Source of the DNA: Camelus ferus
Taxonomy: Eukaryota
DNA: 64,000 nt
Assembly: GCF_009834535.1 (NCBI RefSeq)
Contig: NC_045701.1
Span: 28,582,001 to 28,646,000, forward strand
Direction: 5' to 3'
The notes under the pieces are model-generated. The model was not told the DNA's origin, did not search any database, and was given only the letters and a program-made list of their open reading frames with translations. Position 1 is the stretch's first letter, and every line of letters starts with the position of its first letter. Below, in pieces: positions 40,611-52,258 of this stretch. Both the position numbers and the translations under genes were made by a program.

Positions 40611-40745
40611 AGCCTTGCTACTCAAAGTGTGGTCTGCTTGTTATAAATGCAGAGTCTCACACCCCGCTCCAGTCCTATGGAATTGCAAGCTGCATTCCAA
40701 CAAGATAGTCCAGTGGTTCACGTGCACTTTAAAGCAGTGATCTAA
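40611..40745. mobile_element. MER5A-like hAT fragment
   Basis: ctcaaagtgtggtc...ttgttataaatgcagagtctc motifs. Confidence 0.55.
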
Positions 40746-43700
40746 AGTATACACAAATGTAAGTAGTAGCAGTTTTGAGAAGCTCATTTTCTAGTTGTAA
40801 AAATAAGGAAGTGGAAAATACAGAAAGGTAACTGACAGTGCAGAGCAGTAGGTTAGAAATGGCAAATGACCAGTACAGGTTGAAAAATCTCTGAGAATGG
40901 GATTGAAATGGAGGCTTAAATAAAGAACATGAGCTTTCTACCTCTAAGGAGAAGGGTGTTTCTCAGCAGACGTAGGTAGAGTAATAGGGTGGAATCAGGA
41001 AACTACAGGAAAGAGTGATGATATATTTGGGAAGAGTTGTATATGGAATTTATAGAAGATGAAGCTGGAAAGAGAAAGTGTAGGGTATATCCTTGTATAC
41101 CAAGACTTGATCTTTTTATTCAAGAAACTTTACTGTCTAATCTGGGCCCTGCACCCTTGGACTTCACTCCCTATGACAGGGGGCTATGGTAAGTTTCAAG
41201 CAGAAGATACTATGAAGAAGAGAGACGTTTTGGGAGAACTCTGCTTTTAGAGATCATCTGTGTCATAATGAAAGAGATACCTCATAGACCTTTTGCTGTA
41301 CAGAAACATGATTTGACCTTCAGAATGAAGAAGTCTATTATTAGGAATCTGTTTTATAATAGAATTGTACTGTATTACGTTAACACATTGTACTGCAGTA
41401 TTATAGCACACTTCAATAACACAGAGACAAGATAATTGGGAAGCCCTTTCAGTTCTGTGGTGGCTCAGGAGTCGGGGGAAGGGCAGTTGAAAGGGAGTCA
41501 GTGTGCCATTCTTTGATGACAACAGCCCAGAGGCCTGCAGAAACCGTACAGCATCTCTGTTCTCTGCTTAAAGTGGAAAGAGGCGTGAGTCTTGCCTTGA
41601 GCTGTTAGGAAAAGCATCTGTTGAAAATAAAACATTTTGAGCATTGTAGACCCTCATGAAGCAGAATCTCCTATGTGTCTGTGTTCTGGTCACCAGCCTT
41701 GATTCAGGCCATTTATCCCAGTGGAGTTGTGCTGTACAAAGTTTTTAGCCCTTGAGGGGAAGGGATGAGGGCAGGCAGTGCAGTTTGTGGCTGGTTTTTC
41801 CCTCTGGGTTACTGATAAGTTGTCATCTCCATCCTCTTCTGCATCATGGATAATATACTCTTATCAGCCTTATTAGAATTTTCCTAATCATTGTTCCCTC
41901 CCTTGTTCCCTAGCCTGGACCATCGCAGCTCTCAGTGTTGTCACTAAAAGGCATCTGGAAGCTCAGAAGCTTCCACCGTGAAACCTTTGCTATTAGTCTT
42001 CTCTTTTATTCCATTTGAAGGAAAGGCAGCTAAAATCCTGAACATCCTGCCAAACAGAGCACGATGTCTGGAAGAGGCTTTAGGGCTAGTGTCCTGTGCT
42101 GCTCTCTGACAGGCACTCCCCTGGGGCACATGCCACCCTGCTCCAGCTTCGATGTCTGCAGGGGCAGCCTGAGAGGCTGTCCTGCTGTTGACCTGTCAGT
42201 GTTCGACAGACAGCCCAGCTCTGCTGGCGGCTCTTCCATAGGCAGCAGATGAAACTTACTTGCAGGCAGTGTCACTGCCATCTGCACACAAACGCGCTGC
42301 TACTGAGGGTCGCCCTGTCATCCTCTCTCTGGATGGGTACTATGCTTCAGAAAGTGGCTGGGGCAGGGAACGTGGCCTCTAGTTTCCTGTGTTTCCTCCA
42401 AGGCTTGTGACCATCTCAGTGCTGCCCCTGAACTCCATCTTTATGAGGCTTAGAAAATTCAGATTATTGGGGAAAACATGAGCTGCTGGATTGAGACTCT
42501 GAGATGCACCCAGGAATGGTCTGGGCAGCCATCTCACCACTTCCCCGCAAGATCTCAGTTCTTCCTTTGCTGGTGGTGATTTTGCTCTCCTATCTGTATT
42601 CAGTTCAAATTGGATGAAAAATAGATCCATGGTTTGGGTTTTCTGTAACTGGTTTCTTTCCAAGCTCCTGAATTATAGAAAGGTGACCTCCTGGCTGTCT
42701 CCCTTCCTAATCACAAAACTGTGTGAGGCTTTGTCACATAAGGCTTATCAGAACCCGGGGTCCTCTCTGCAGGACTTCAGTGTGTGTGTTCTTGCCGCTC
42801 CTTTCCCTCTCCTTAGGTGCGTGTAGGGAGGGAGTATTGCTTTTACCCTTTGTTTTTCCATCTTCTTCTCTGGTCTCATCTGAAGCTAGGGGTTAATTGA
42901 GTCAGTGTACTAAGTGCAAATCCTTGTGTGTGAGTCATTGTTCACAGTGATGCCGTGTAGCTTTTCCAGATGGATCTGTCCTTCCAGACCAACTCCAAGG
43001 AGCCATGTGGCTACTTGTGACAGGCAGCCCTTCTCCTCTAAGGGGCCTGGAGTGCTTTGTGGTCCTGGGTCTCCAGCTGCCTGATCTAGAGGCAGAGTGG
43101 TCAACTGCCCGACACTTAGGAAAATCATCTGAAAAGGGAAGGAAGAGTTCATCACAAAGCAAGTCATCAGAGATAAGAATTAGAAAGCAGGCCTCTGGGC
43201 CTCGGTCCCCTGCCCCCACCCGGCTTGCTCTAGACTGTTCCTCTGGCAGTATTGTCCACCTGCCGGCTCTGCATACTTCCCAGAAGACAGACCTTAAGCA
43301 AATTATTCCACTTGCTAGGCCTCAGTTTCCTCGTCTGTAAACTGGGTGTAATAATGAGCTAAATCTATAGAGCACTGAGCCCAGGGCCTGACACCTAGAA
43401 AGTACTTGATAAATATTAGCTGGTGTGGTTTATCATCATTGTTCCCCCTTATCTGGCCATCAAGCAGAATGGTAAAGTTACATGAGGTTGTAATGTCGCA
43501 AGTAAAAAAGTTCTAGAAGTGGAGAGCTTAGATGGAGCCTCTCCACCCGGGGAGGGGAACAGATTACAGGTATCCAGTTTTCAAGTATTCTTCCCCAAAA
43601 GACAGGGCTGGTGAGTTATGAGGATTAAGCTTTGTTCCCAGTCTTTTCTGAGTTTTCTCTCTTCTGGCTCAAGCCTTGGGTGTAGCTTCTCCTCTGCTGC

Positions 43701-45717
43701 TGGACAGAGCTGTCCCCGCTGTTCCAGCTTAGCCCCCGGGAGGTCCCTGACACTCTCTCCCTCCCATTGCTTTGACATCCTCGACTTTAGTTCCTGAGCC
43801 TGTTTTCACGCAGGCCCCAACGGCACAGCACTGCACTCTGTAACGAGTGCAGCCCTCGGCCCCAGGACAGAACCACTGTTTAAATCTGGGGCATTCGTCT
43901 CCTGTAGCCCTCACTCCCCCAACCCTTGCGCACTGACTGGCAGCTGGTCCGTGAGTCAGAGGGTGTGGAATCTTTTCCCATTTTGTCACTTGCCCTTCTC
44001 ATAACCTTGGTCAAGTCTGTTAGCTCCTCAAGTCTTTAGTTTTATCTTCAGCAAAATCCTGTCCCCTCTGCTGTTGGCTTAGGAGCCATGAGGTTGCCCA
44101 AATTCCTTAGGAAAAATTGCTGTGCAAATATGACCTGTTTTCCTTTCTGCACGTATCTTACATTGTCCGGGGTTGGGGGGCGGGGATCTGTCATTAGGAA
44201 GTCATTCATATGACCTGAATTATTCAAAAGTCCTTGTTGGTTTTGAGTCTGCTGCTCACTTACTTCATCATTCAAGATATTCAAGAAGAAAGAAGAGAGA
44301 CTTTCTTAAGATGTCCTACCTACTGACATTAGGGCTGGAACGCTTCATAATCGTGGCTCCAAGATCAAACTGCTGTGGTGGTACTTTTCTGGGTTGGATT
44401 ACCCTCCTCTTCGGAAACCCAAGTTCTGTCTTAGCGCACACCATTCACTTTGCCGCATCCTGTTTGCCTTTCCCATTTCTATACGCTTCTGGTGATCAGG
44501 ACAGTTTCTTCTCCTTCCTTCACATCTTCTCATAGCACAGAGCAGAGCCCTCTGTCCCAGTAGGGACTCGAGAAATTCTGCCAACAAGCAATCCTTATTC
44601 CACACTGGAGGCAGATTTCCAAAGATTCCTTATTTATAAAAATCTCTGTCCATGAAAGGGGACGGTTTCGCCTGTCACAGCCCAGAGTGCTATGCCAGAA
44701 GCCTAGCAGTGCTCAGGATGGTGAACGAATTGGTTCCTGTGTGATGGACCGGTCCACCTACCTGCCTGAGGGGCGAGGCCACCAGTCGCGGGCAGCTCTG
44801 AGAGGAGGCTCTCTGTACAGACGTCCCCTCCGTCGCTGGGATCTCACTGTAGCCCTCTGCCTTAGAAATGGCATTAGACGGTATCAGATAGTGTCCTAAA
44901 TGAGTTCATAGTTTCTGGAAGCAGCCAACTCGGCTTGCAAGAGATGTACCTTTCACTTATGTGACTTATTTCTATGGAAACTTTGTGGCTTAGAAAACAG
45001 TATATAAATACTCCCTCCAGGAAGAGTACATTTTGGTCTTCGTCTCTATGAGAGACTGACTTACTTTTGAACATACATTCTCCCCAGATTGGCCTTTAAA
45101 TTTCCCCTTGAATAAACACCAGGAGTGACACCGTTTTCCTTGCGGGGGCTCCGAGTCCTGCTTTAGCCACCAGCCTCCAAGCCCTTCCTCCTTTGCTGGG
45201 CACTCCTGACAGCCTCAGCTGCCCTCCAGCTGCCTGCCTTTCACATTTTCCCAAGTCTGGAATAATTAGTGCTTTCCCAGCTTGGCTGATTTGTTGGTCT
45301 ACAATTATAATTCATAAATAGCTCACAAACAAGAATGCCCGACACTTTGAACTTCCACTTTGGGTCTGTTCTGCACTGCAAGGTTTTAATACGATGGGGA
45401 CAGAAGAGAGCTTGGAGGGACGGTAACTGTAGGAGTGGAGAGTTTTCTACAGCTCCTGCCTGCTCAAAAATCTCACCTTCCTACTGAGGAGAGGATCATA
45501 GCACCAGGGTGGGGTTTGTAAACTGTATTTTGTAAATAAGCAGTCATCATGCCAGCATCCGAAACTTCTTACGCTCATGCTCTGAAAATGACAAGAACCA
45601 TCAGACCTCTCGTTTCACTGGGGAAGATGCTAAGACCCAGAAAAGTTAGGCCATTTGCATCAAGTCATTCTTTAGGCTTCTTGTGTTGTTTAGTTTGGGG
45701 CAGTATTTAAAATTACC

Positions 45718-46229
45718 TGGGGCCTAAGAGCTGGAAGCAACCTAAGTGCCTATCAACAGATGAATGGATAAAGACAATGTGGTGTAAATATACAATGGAA
45801 TATTATTCAGCTATAAAAAACGAAATTCTGCCGTTTGCTACACCGTGGATGGACCTAGTAGTGTGCTTAATGAAAGAGTCAGAGGAAGACATACTCTATG
45901 TTATTACTTATATGTGGAATCTAAAAAAATAAACGAGTGTATGTGCAAAACAGAAACAGACTCACAGATATAGACAACAAGCTAGTGGTTACCAGCGGGG
46001 AGAAGGAAGGGGATGAGACAGGGGTACAAGATTGAGATACGAGCTACTATGTATAAAATAGATAAGCAACAAGGATATATTGTACAGCACAGGGAATTAC
46101 AGCTGTCAGTGGAATATGCACTGTAAAAATATTGAATCACTATGTTGTACACCTGGAACTAATATTATAACTCAGCTGTACCTCAATTAAAAAAATAAGT
46201 GTATCTCCAGAGATTAAAAAAATAAAATA
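45718..46229 (+). mobile_element. 5'-truncated L1 3' end with TSD and double A-rich tail
   Basis: tggaagcaacctaagtgcctatcaacagatgaatggataaag...atgtggaatctaaaaa is typical L1 3' sequence. TSD AAAATTACC at 45709-45717 and 46230-46238, with TTT|AAAA at the upstream copy. Confidence 0.9.
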
Positions 46230-46502
46230 AAAATTACCCAGGATCTAATATCAATTTTAACTAAGACACAGATAAAGGGTTTCACTTTTTCTCCTACGGT
46301 TTTGCTTTTCCAGCTGATAATTTGTTTACAGTTTGGACTCCACGTGGCCTCCTATTGTGGAGTTTATGTGCCAGGAAGAGAGACAAAGGATGCTGTCCTC
46401 TTTCCTCCTGCATCCCAGAGCTGCTAAGGAAGCACGGGGTCCACTTCCTCACAGCTTCCTGGGACGGTCCTGGGCTGACCGGGTTCTCTCCCCACCCTGC
46501 AG

Positions 46503-46711
46503 GCTTTGTGCCCATCTGCTCCCTGGGACTCTCTCAGATCGGGCGCATGAATCTCGGGACAGATGCCAGCACCTTCAAGTTTTATACCATGTGTGGCCTC
46601 CAAGAGGGCTTTGAGCCTTTTGCTGTCAACATGAACCGAGACGTGGCCATGTGGTTCAGCAAGCGGCTCCCAACATTTGTCAACGTGCCAAAGGACCATC
46701 CACAGATAGAG
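46503..46711 (+). CDS. RYR3: RYR3 exon, SPRY2 end ([18 protein letters not shown]...KDHPQIE)
   Basis: tgcag|GC acceptor, GAG|gtaacg donor; 209 nt, phase 1 to 0. Confidence 0.97.
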
Positions 46712-48289
46712 GTAACGTTCCACGTCGCAGGTGGCCCTGGCAGGACAGGGGAACCAAAGCACTAAGCTCACGCTGATGGTCCTGTGTCCAGGTGGTGCTT
46801 ATCTAAGTCCACACCCTGGCTACCCCGGCCGCCTCCTCGCTGGCCCTCAGCGCTGTCATTGCAGGCACCTTAGTTGGGGCAGCTCAGTGGCATTTTACAA
46901 GTGATAACCACCTTGCAGATTCCACCTTGCAGGTCAATCCCCAAACCTTTGGGCCACTGTGTTTTCTCCAGACATTCCTAAACGGGTATTGTCAGAGTAA
47001 CAGTAACCAGAGGCCTTAAATGTTGCTTTCCTAAAACAGTTCAGCCCCTGCACTCGGGATGACGGGTCCCAGGTGCGACCCTCCCGGGCTCGCGCCTCGT
47101 GTCTTTTAGGCCTGTTGAATCGCTGTAGAACCATTTCCAGCTCTTCGAGCGCAGGTGTGGTAGTTGTCTGTGATGCTCCCCACCTTGTGCAGGGAGCAGA
47201 GAGGGAGAGCAGTCTGGTTCGGGTTCTGGCTCTACATCTAGTCACCTTTTTTCTCTCATGGCGTAGGGGTGGGATGGGGCTGACGAGAGGTCAGACAGAT
47301 CAGCTCCAAATCATTGAAGCCTTAGATCAATGGCTCGCTTCCACTAGACTGTAAATCTCCCTCACTCACCTCCCAGTCTGAATTCAACCAGCATCGACTC
47401 ACTCCTTCCCTTTACCCCACACCCTTAAGTAGTAGAGACTTCAATTTCTCTGGTTCCTACCTGACCTTTACTTTAGATAGCTGGCTCATAAACCTTTTGA
47501 AAGTCATGAACCCCTGTGACAAACCAATAGAGTCTAGAGACCCTCCACTTAGGGAAATCTGCAAACTGCACAAAAATACACAAGCACGCTCATGCACCTC
47601 AGTGTAGGAACTGTTTTCTGAATTGCAGGGAGACATGCTCAGATCATAACAAAACTATTATTGTGAGTGTTGACTTCCTCTGCCCCCTTAAATACCCCCC
47701 AACATATGCTGCAAAAATCCAGCGTTAATCTTTCCTCTTCTAACCCTGCCCACTGCATTGCTTGTGCCCTGGAGCTAAGAATTTCTCCAGTATTTCCAGG
47801 AGCCTCTGTGCTCAGGCTGTGACTGTGGTAGAGGTGGGAAATGCGCTGGGAGGAGAGTCAGTGCCAAAGGAAACGCTGATGTCTCTTCTTGCGCTTTGGG
47901 CTTCCTGGTACCCTCTCCTGTAAGATATTCTCATGCCCGCTGACAAGGGAAGCCTTTGGAAAGATTTTCTTCTTCAGCCACTTGCCCTCTACCCAAAGGC
48001 CAGTCTCATCGAACACCACACTGCATCACCCCACTGCCTGGCACCCTTGCCCTTGCAGAAAACCCAGTGGGCATGTTTTAAAATCCCTGGGTTCCCCAGC
48101 CAGAGACAGATGTGTTCCTTTTTAAAGGGCAGGGTCCATGTAAGGATGGGTGTAACAGTTTGGTTATCACTCATGACAACTTCTGTAGTGCACAGATAGC
48201 CTTGACATAGGTAATGTCCATGAGAGAAGGAGGGACAGGATCAGGATCGGATGCTCAGCTGTGTCAGGTGAGGATCGTGGTGTTTCCAG

Positions 48290-48465
48290 GTCGTGAGGAT
48301 CGACGGCACCATGGACAGCCCTCCGTGTCTCAAGGTGACCCACAAGACGTTCGGCACCCAAAACAGCAATGCCACCATGATCTACTGCCGCCTGAGCATG
48401 CCCGTCGAGTGCCACTCTTCCTTCAGTCACAGCCCCTGTCTGGACAGTGAGGCTTTCCAGAAAAG
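48290..48465 (+). CDS. RYR3: RYR3 exon, SPRY3 start (VVRIDGTMDSPPCLKVTHKTFG...LDSEAFQK-R)
   Basis: ttccag|GTC acceptor, AG|gtgagg donor; 176 nt, phase 0 to 2. Confidence 0.95.
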
Positions 48466-49337
48466 GTGAGGGCGGGCCTCCAGCTCTCAGAGAGCCTCAC
48501 TATGTCTGCTGCTGGCTTTCTGTCTGTCTGCTTCTTCCTCTACGTCAGCACCACTAGAGCTTTGTGGGTAGGGGACCCTCTGCTTTCTGCCGGGTAAAGA
48601 CACGAGGACATGTGTACACATGAGTACACACCTGTGCACGTGTGTGTGTGCATGCACGATGTATAATTAGGGGACCCATCTGGGTCACATCTGGTGGACA
48701 AGTTTCTGCTCTTTCTGAGCTCTGTGAGTCCCTAGCCTCCTTGCAACCTATAATTCATGTTTCTGCAGGAAAAAGAATGTAAGTGCACAAGAGCGGGGCA
48801 TTTGTTGCCTTTCTGTGCAGTTTGAAGCTTCTGTTGGCAAACACTGCCTTCTCTGTGTAACTATGGCCAGTGTCCAACCCAGCAGCTGTTTGACTCATGA
48901 GTAATGTGACTTCTTCTTTCTTGATAAAGAATATGTTCCTTACTGTCTTTCTTTCTGTTAATGTCTGTTTTTAATCATTGATGGATGTCTTGCCCGGGTT
49001 TCCTGTAGAGCTTTATCATCTACCAAGCTTTAAACAAGCAACCCTGCTTGAGAACAGGATAGTGTATTCAGAGGAATCCCTGGCTACATTATTACAATCT
49101 CCCCAACCTCTGCCTTGCTCTAACTTCCATCTGGGCTAAAGGGCAAAAGTTGAAAGTCACAGCCCTGCCTGGCGGTAGCAGGTTACTAATGAACAAGTCC
49201 AGTTGGGGTCACTCACGTATAGGAAGTAGCCGGCTTCCTAAACTCGCCTTCATCATTCAGTAGAGATCAGTTACATGTCAGATTGTGGGATTCTCTGTAC
49301 AGCTGAGGAACTAAAATGTGGATTATCTTCCCCCCAG

Positions 49338-49374
49338 GAAACAGATGCAAGAAATACTCTCTCACACAACAACA
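49338..49374 (+). CDS. RYR3: RYR3 37-nt micro-exon (KQMQEILSHTTT)
   Basis: cccccag|G acceptor, ACA|gtaagt donor; phase 2 to 0, which is required to keep the frame between its neighbours. Confidence 0.95.
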
Positions 49375-50084
49375 GTAAGTAAATGTGCTCTGTTATGGTT
49401 TTCATGATTTGATTCTTTGCTGTGCCTGGTAATATGCCCTTTACAGCAAAGATCTGTCGAGATATCCTCTTTAATTGCCAATTACTCTGTCTTTTTATAT
49501 CCATCTTGATGCTTTCAGAACGCATCTATGGCATTTCTCAAGTGGAGGAAAGAAAGACAGTTATTCAGTGCAAACCCGAGCTCTACCTGGAGCAGCTAAT
49601 TTGGCAGCATTGTGTACTTGTTGCCTGCTTGCCACCAGGGACCCAGCACTGCCTTTCTGATTGAAATGAACATCAGATGGGGGAGGAAAGGGTTGCTCTT
49701 AATTTAATCTTTTTGTTTGCTCTTTTGTGTAAACTTCTATGAATCAACTCTCCCATCTCTCTGAGCAGTGCCAGAATAATGTAGAAAGCAATCAAATGAG
49801 AAAAAGGAGCAGGGAGCCCGCCCAGAAGGTGGGGGCTGCTTTTGGTCCTTTCTCTGTAAGCTAAGCAGTAGTTAAAAGCAACACTTCCTAATTTCTTTCT
49901 TACTTTCTCTCTTTCATCCTTCTTTAACACCTGACAGAAAAAAACAAAAGACAAAAAACAAACAAACATCCTTTGGGAGAATTGCATGTTACCCCTTCTA
50001 TAAAGTTATCCTGCAATCCCATGTTCATAGGTTACCTGTCAGGAGTGAGATTCTTGCCAGGGAACATCCCACACTCACTATGTG

Positions 50085-50258
50085 CAGGGCACGGCACTGG
50101 GCACGTTGTATCACCTTGCCTCTTATTTTGCACCACAATCCCAGGAGATGGACAGTACCAGGCACTGGGAGGCACAGAGAGGACAGGTGACTTGTCCAAG
50201 GTCACACCTAAGAGCTGCCAGTGCCAGCATTCGAGTACAGCCTTGTCTGGCTGACCCT
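50085..50258 (-). mobile_element. MIR SINE
   Basis: gaggcacagagaggacaggtgacttgtccaaggtcacac is the MIR core in antisense. Confidence 0.75.
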
Positions 50259-50541
50259 TTTATCTTCCAAGCAAAAAAATAGGACCGACTAGAAATTATA
50301 GGGCTTCATTTAGAATAAATGTGCTCAGTTTCATAAAGGAAATGATGAAGCAGCCATTCACCTCAGTGCTTTAGTTGCGATAATAACACAGCGATACACT
50401 TCACAAATTGTTACAGTGCCTGCCAAGAACTCTGGTAATTTTCAGCCCTGCCTGTCATTCAGCCTGATGACCACACAAAGCACATTTGACCACAATGTGG
50501 GCTTTTTCTTTTGTAGCATCTTTTTTGAGACTTTATTAGAG

Positions 50542-50588
50542 ATAATAATAATAATAATAATAACAATAACAACAACAACAACAACAAC
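50542..50588. repeat. Compound microsatellite (AAT)n-(AAC)n
   Basis: ataataataataataataataacaataacaacaacaacaacaacaac read directly. Confidence 0.95.
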
Positions 50589-51007
50589 CTTCACTTCCCG
50601 GCAGAAGTGGAAAGCGTAGCCTGAGTTTGGTGACCCCCAATTGTTCTCTCTCTGAGGGCAAACAGGTGCCCAGCAGCCCTGGTACCCAGAAGAGCATTAG
50701 GGTCCTGTGCTGACCGTTCTGAGTGGCTGCCCCTGATCCCAGCAGCAGCATCTTCTGGGCAGAGGGTGGTAGATGAGACACCTGATTGTTTAGGTGCTGA
50801 AGCACACAGAAAAGGGAGAAATAAGGAAGCCAGCTTCTCTCGTCAGCCCTTCCCCCGGTCTAGCATTCAGTGCAGGACACCTCCAGAGCAGTGTGTGCTT
50901 TTTAAGAAAAGGAGGCCAGGTGAGCTCCTGCACTATTTCCTCCTCTTGAGCCCGCTCCCCCCAGCTGGGGGGGGAGGTCACTCACTCCCGCTGTGGTCTC
51001 TCTGCAG

Positions 51008-51171
51008 CAGTGCTACTATGCAATCCGCATCTTTGCTGGGCAGGACCCTTCCTGCGTCTGGGTCGGATGGGTGACTCCGGACTATCACTTGTATAGTGAG
51101 AAGTTCGACCTGAGTAAAAACTGTACCGTGACTGTTACTCTGGGGGATGAAAGAGGCCGAGTCCATGAAAG
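51008..51171 (+). CDS. RYR3: RYR3 exon, SPRY3 ([27 protein letters not shown]...GRVHE-S)
   Basis: tgcag|CAG tandem acceptor, AG|gtaagg donor; 164 nt, phase 0 to 2. Confidence 0.96.
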
Positions 51172-52027
51172 GTAAGGGGGCTCTCAAGGGGGCAGGGTTG
51201 GCCATCAGGTTCCTCACTCCCGTCCCCAGCAGTCTTTTTCCCTTCCCCCTCACACTTCAAACAAGGAAATAGTCCAGCCTCTATTATAATGAGAAAATGG
51301 CTTAAAACCCTTAAGTAAATTGGGGGTGGGGGGGAGCGGGCGGAGAGGGTAGATGATGGGAGGAGTGTTACTAACCAAAATAAAGGACAACTTCATCATG
51401 TATATAAGACATGACCCAGGGATAGGAGATACAGATGGACAATTGGGAAGTCTGGACTGCCTCTCAGACTCTTCTCTGTGATTTCTGGGCAAGCCCCAAT
51501 TTCTACAATGTCAGAGCAAGACAGAGAGAAATCCACAGGTGCTTGAGAGAAGTCAATTCCAAAGAAATAAAAAGATGTACCGCATCACACAGCAACTGAT
51601 CAACCCAGAACTCGTCCTCCCAAGAGTTCGTAATGCTGGAAGTATAAAGAACATAAAAGAGACTTAGAAAATTCATGAATAATAACCACTGACTAAAAAT
51701 TAGGGATCCTAAGGGAAAATATGTTTTAGGCACACCCATACCTTCCCACTGGTCCACGGGTACCACCAGAGAAAGGACCCTTGGCCAGCGATGCCCCAGA
51801 GGTGACCCAGCAGACCATGCCTTATTTCCACCTAAGTGAGATTTCATAGAGTCTTTTCCCGTACAGGCTTGTATAGAAATGTAATAAGTTGGTTCTTGTG
51901 CTGGCCTTCATCCCTACAAAGTCAGGAATGTTTTGCAATCAGTGCTTATTAGGTGCTCCTGGCTCATCATAGACTAGTGTTCAGAGGTCAGGCACAACTG
52001 CTATGTCCCTAAGGACCACTGTGGGCA

Positions 52028-52258
52028 GGTGGTTAAGAGCACAGACTTTCCTGGGTTTTAAACTGGGTTCCAGTATTTACTAGAGGCGTGACTTTGGAGC
52101 AGTCACTTAACCTCCCTCGGTCTAAATTTCCTCAAATGCAAAATGAGAATTAGGATTCCAATCTCACATAGTATTGTGCGGATGAAATGAGATGATACGT
52201 AGAAGAATGTGTAGAATGGTACTTCGACCCAAGCACCCAATAAACATGACTGTTACCA
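52028..52258 (+). mobile_element. MIR SINE, near full length
   Basis: gtggttaagagcacagact...gtcacttaacctccctcggtctaaatttcctcaaatgcaaaatgag...caataaacatg. Confidence 0.85.
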
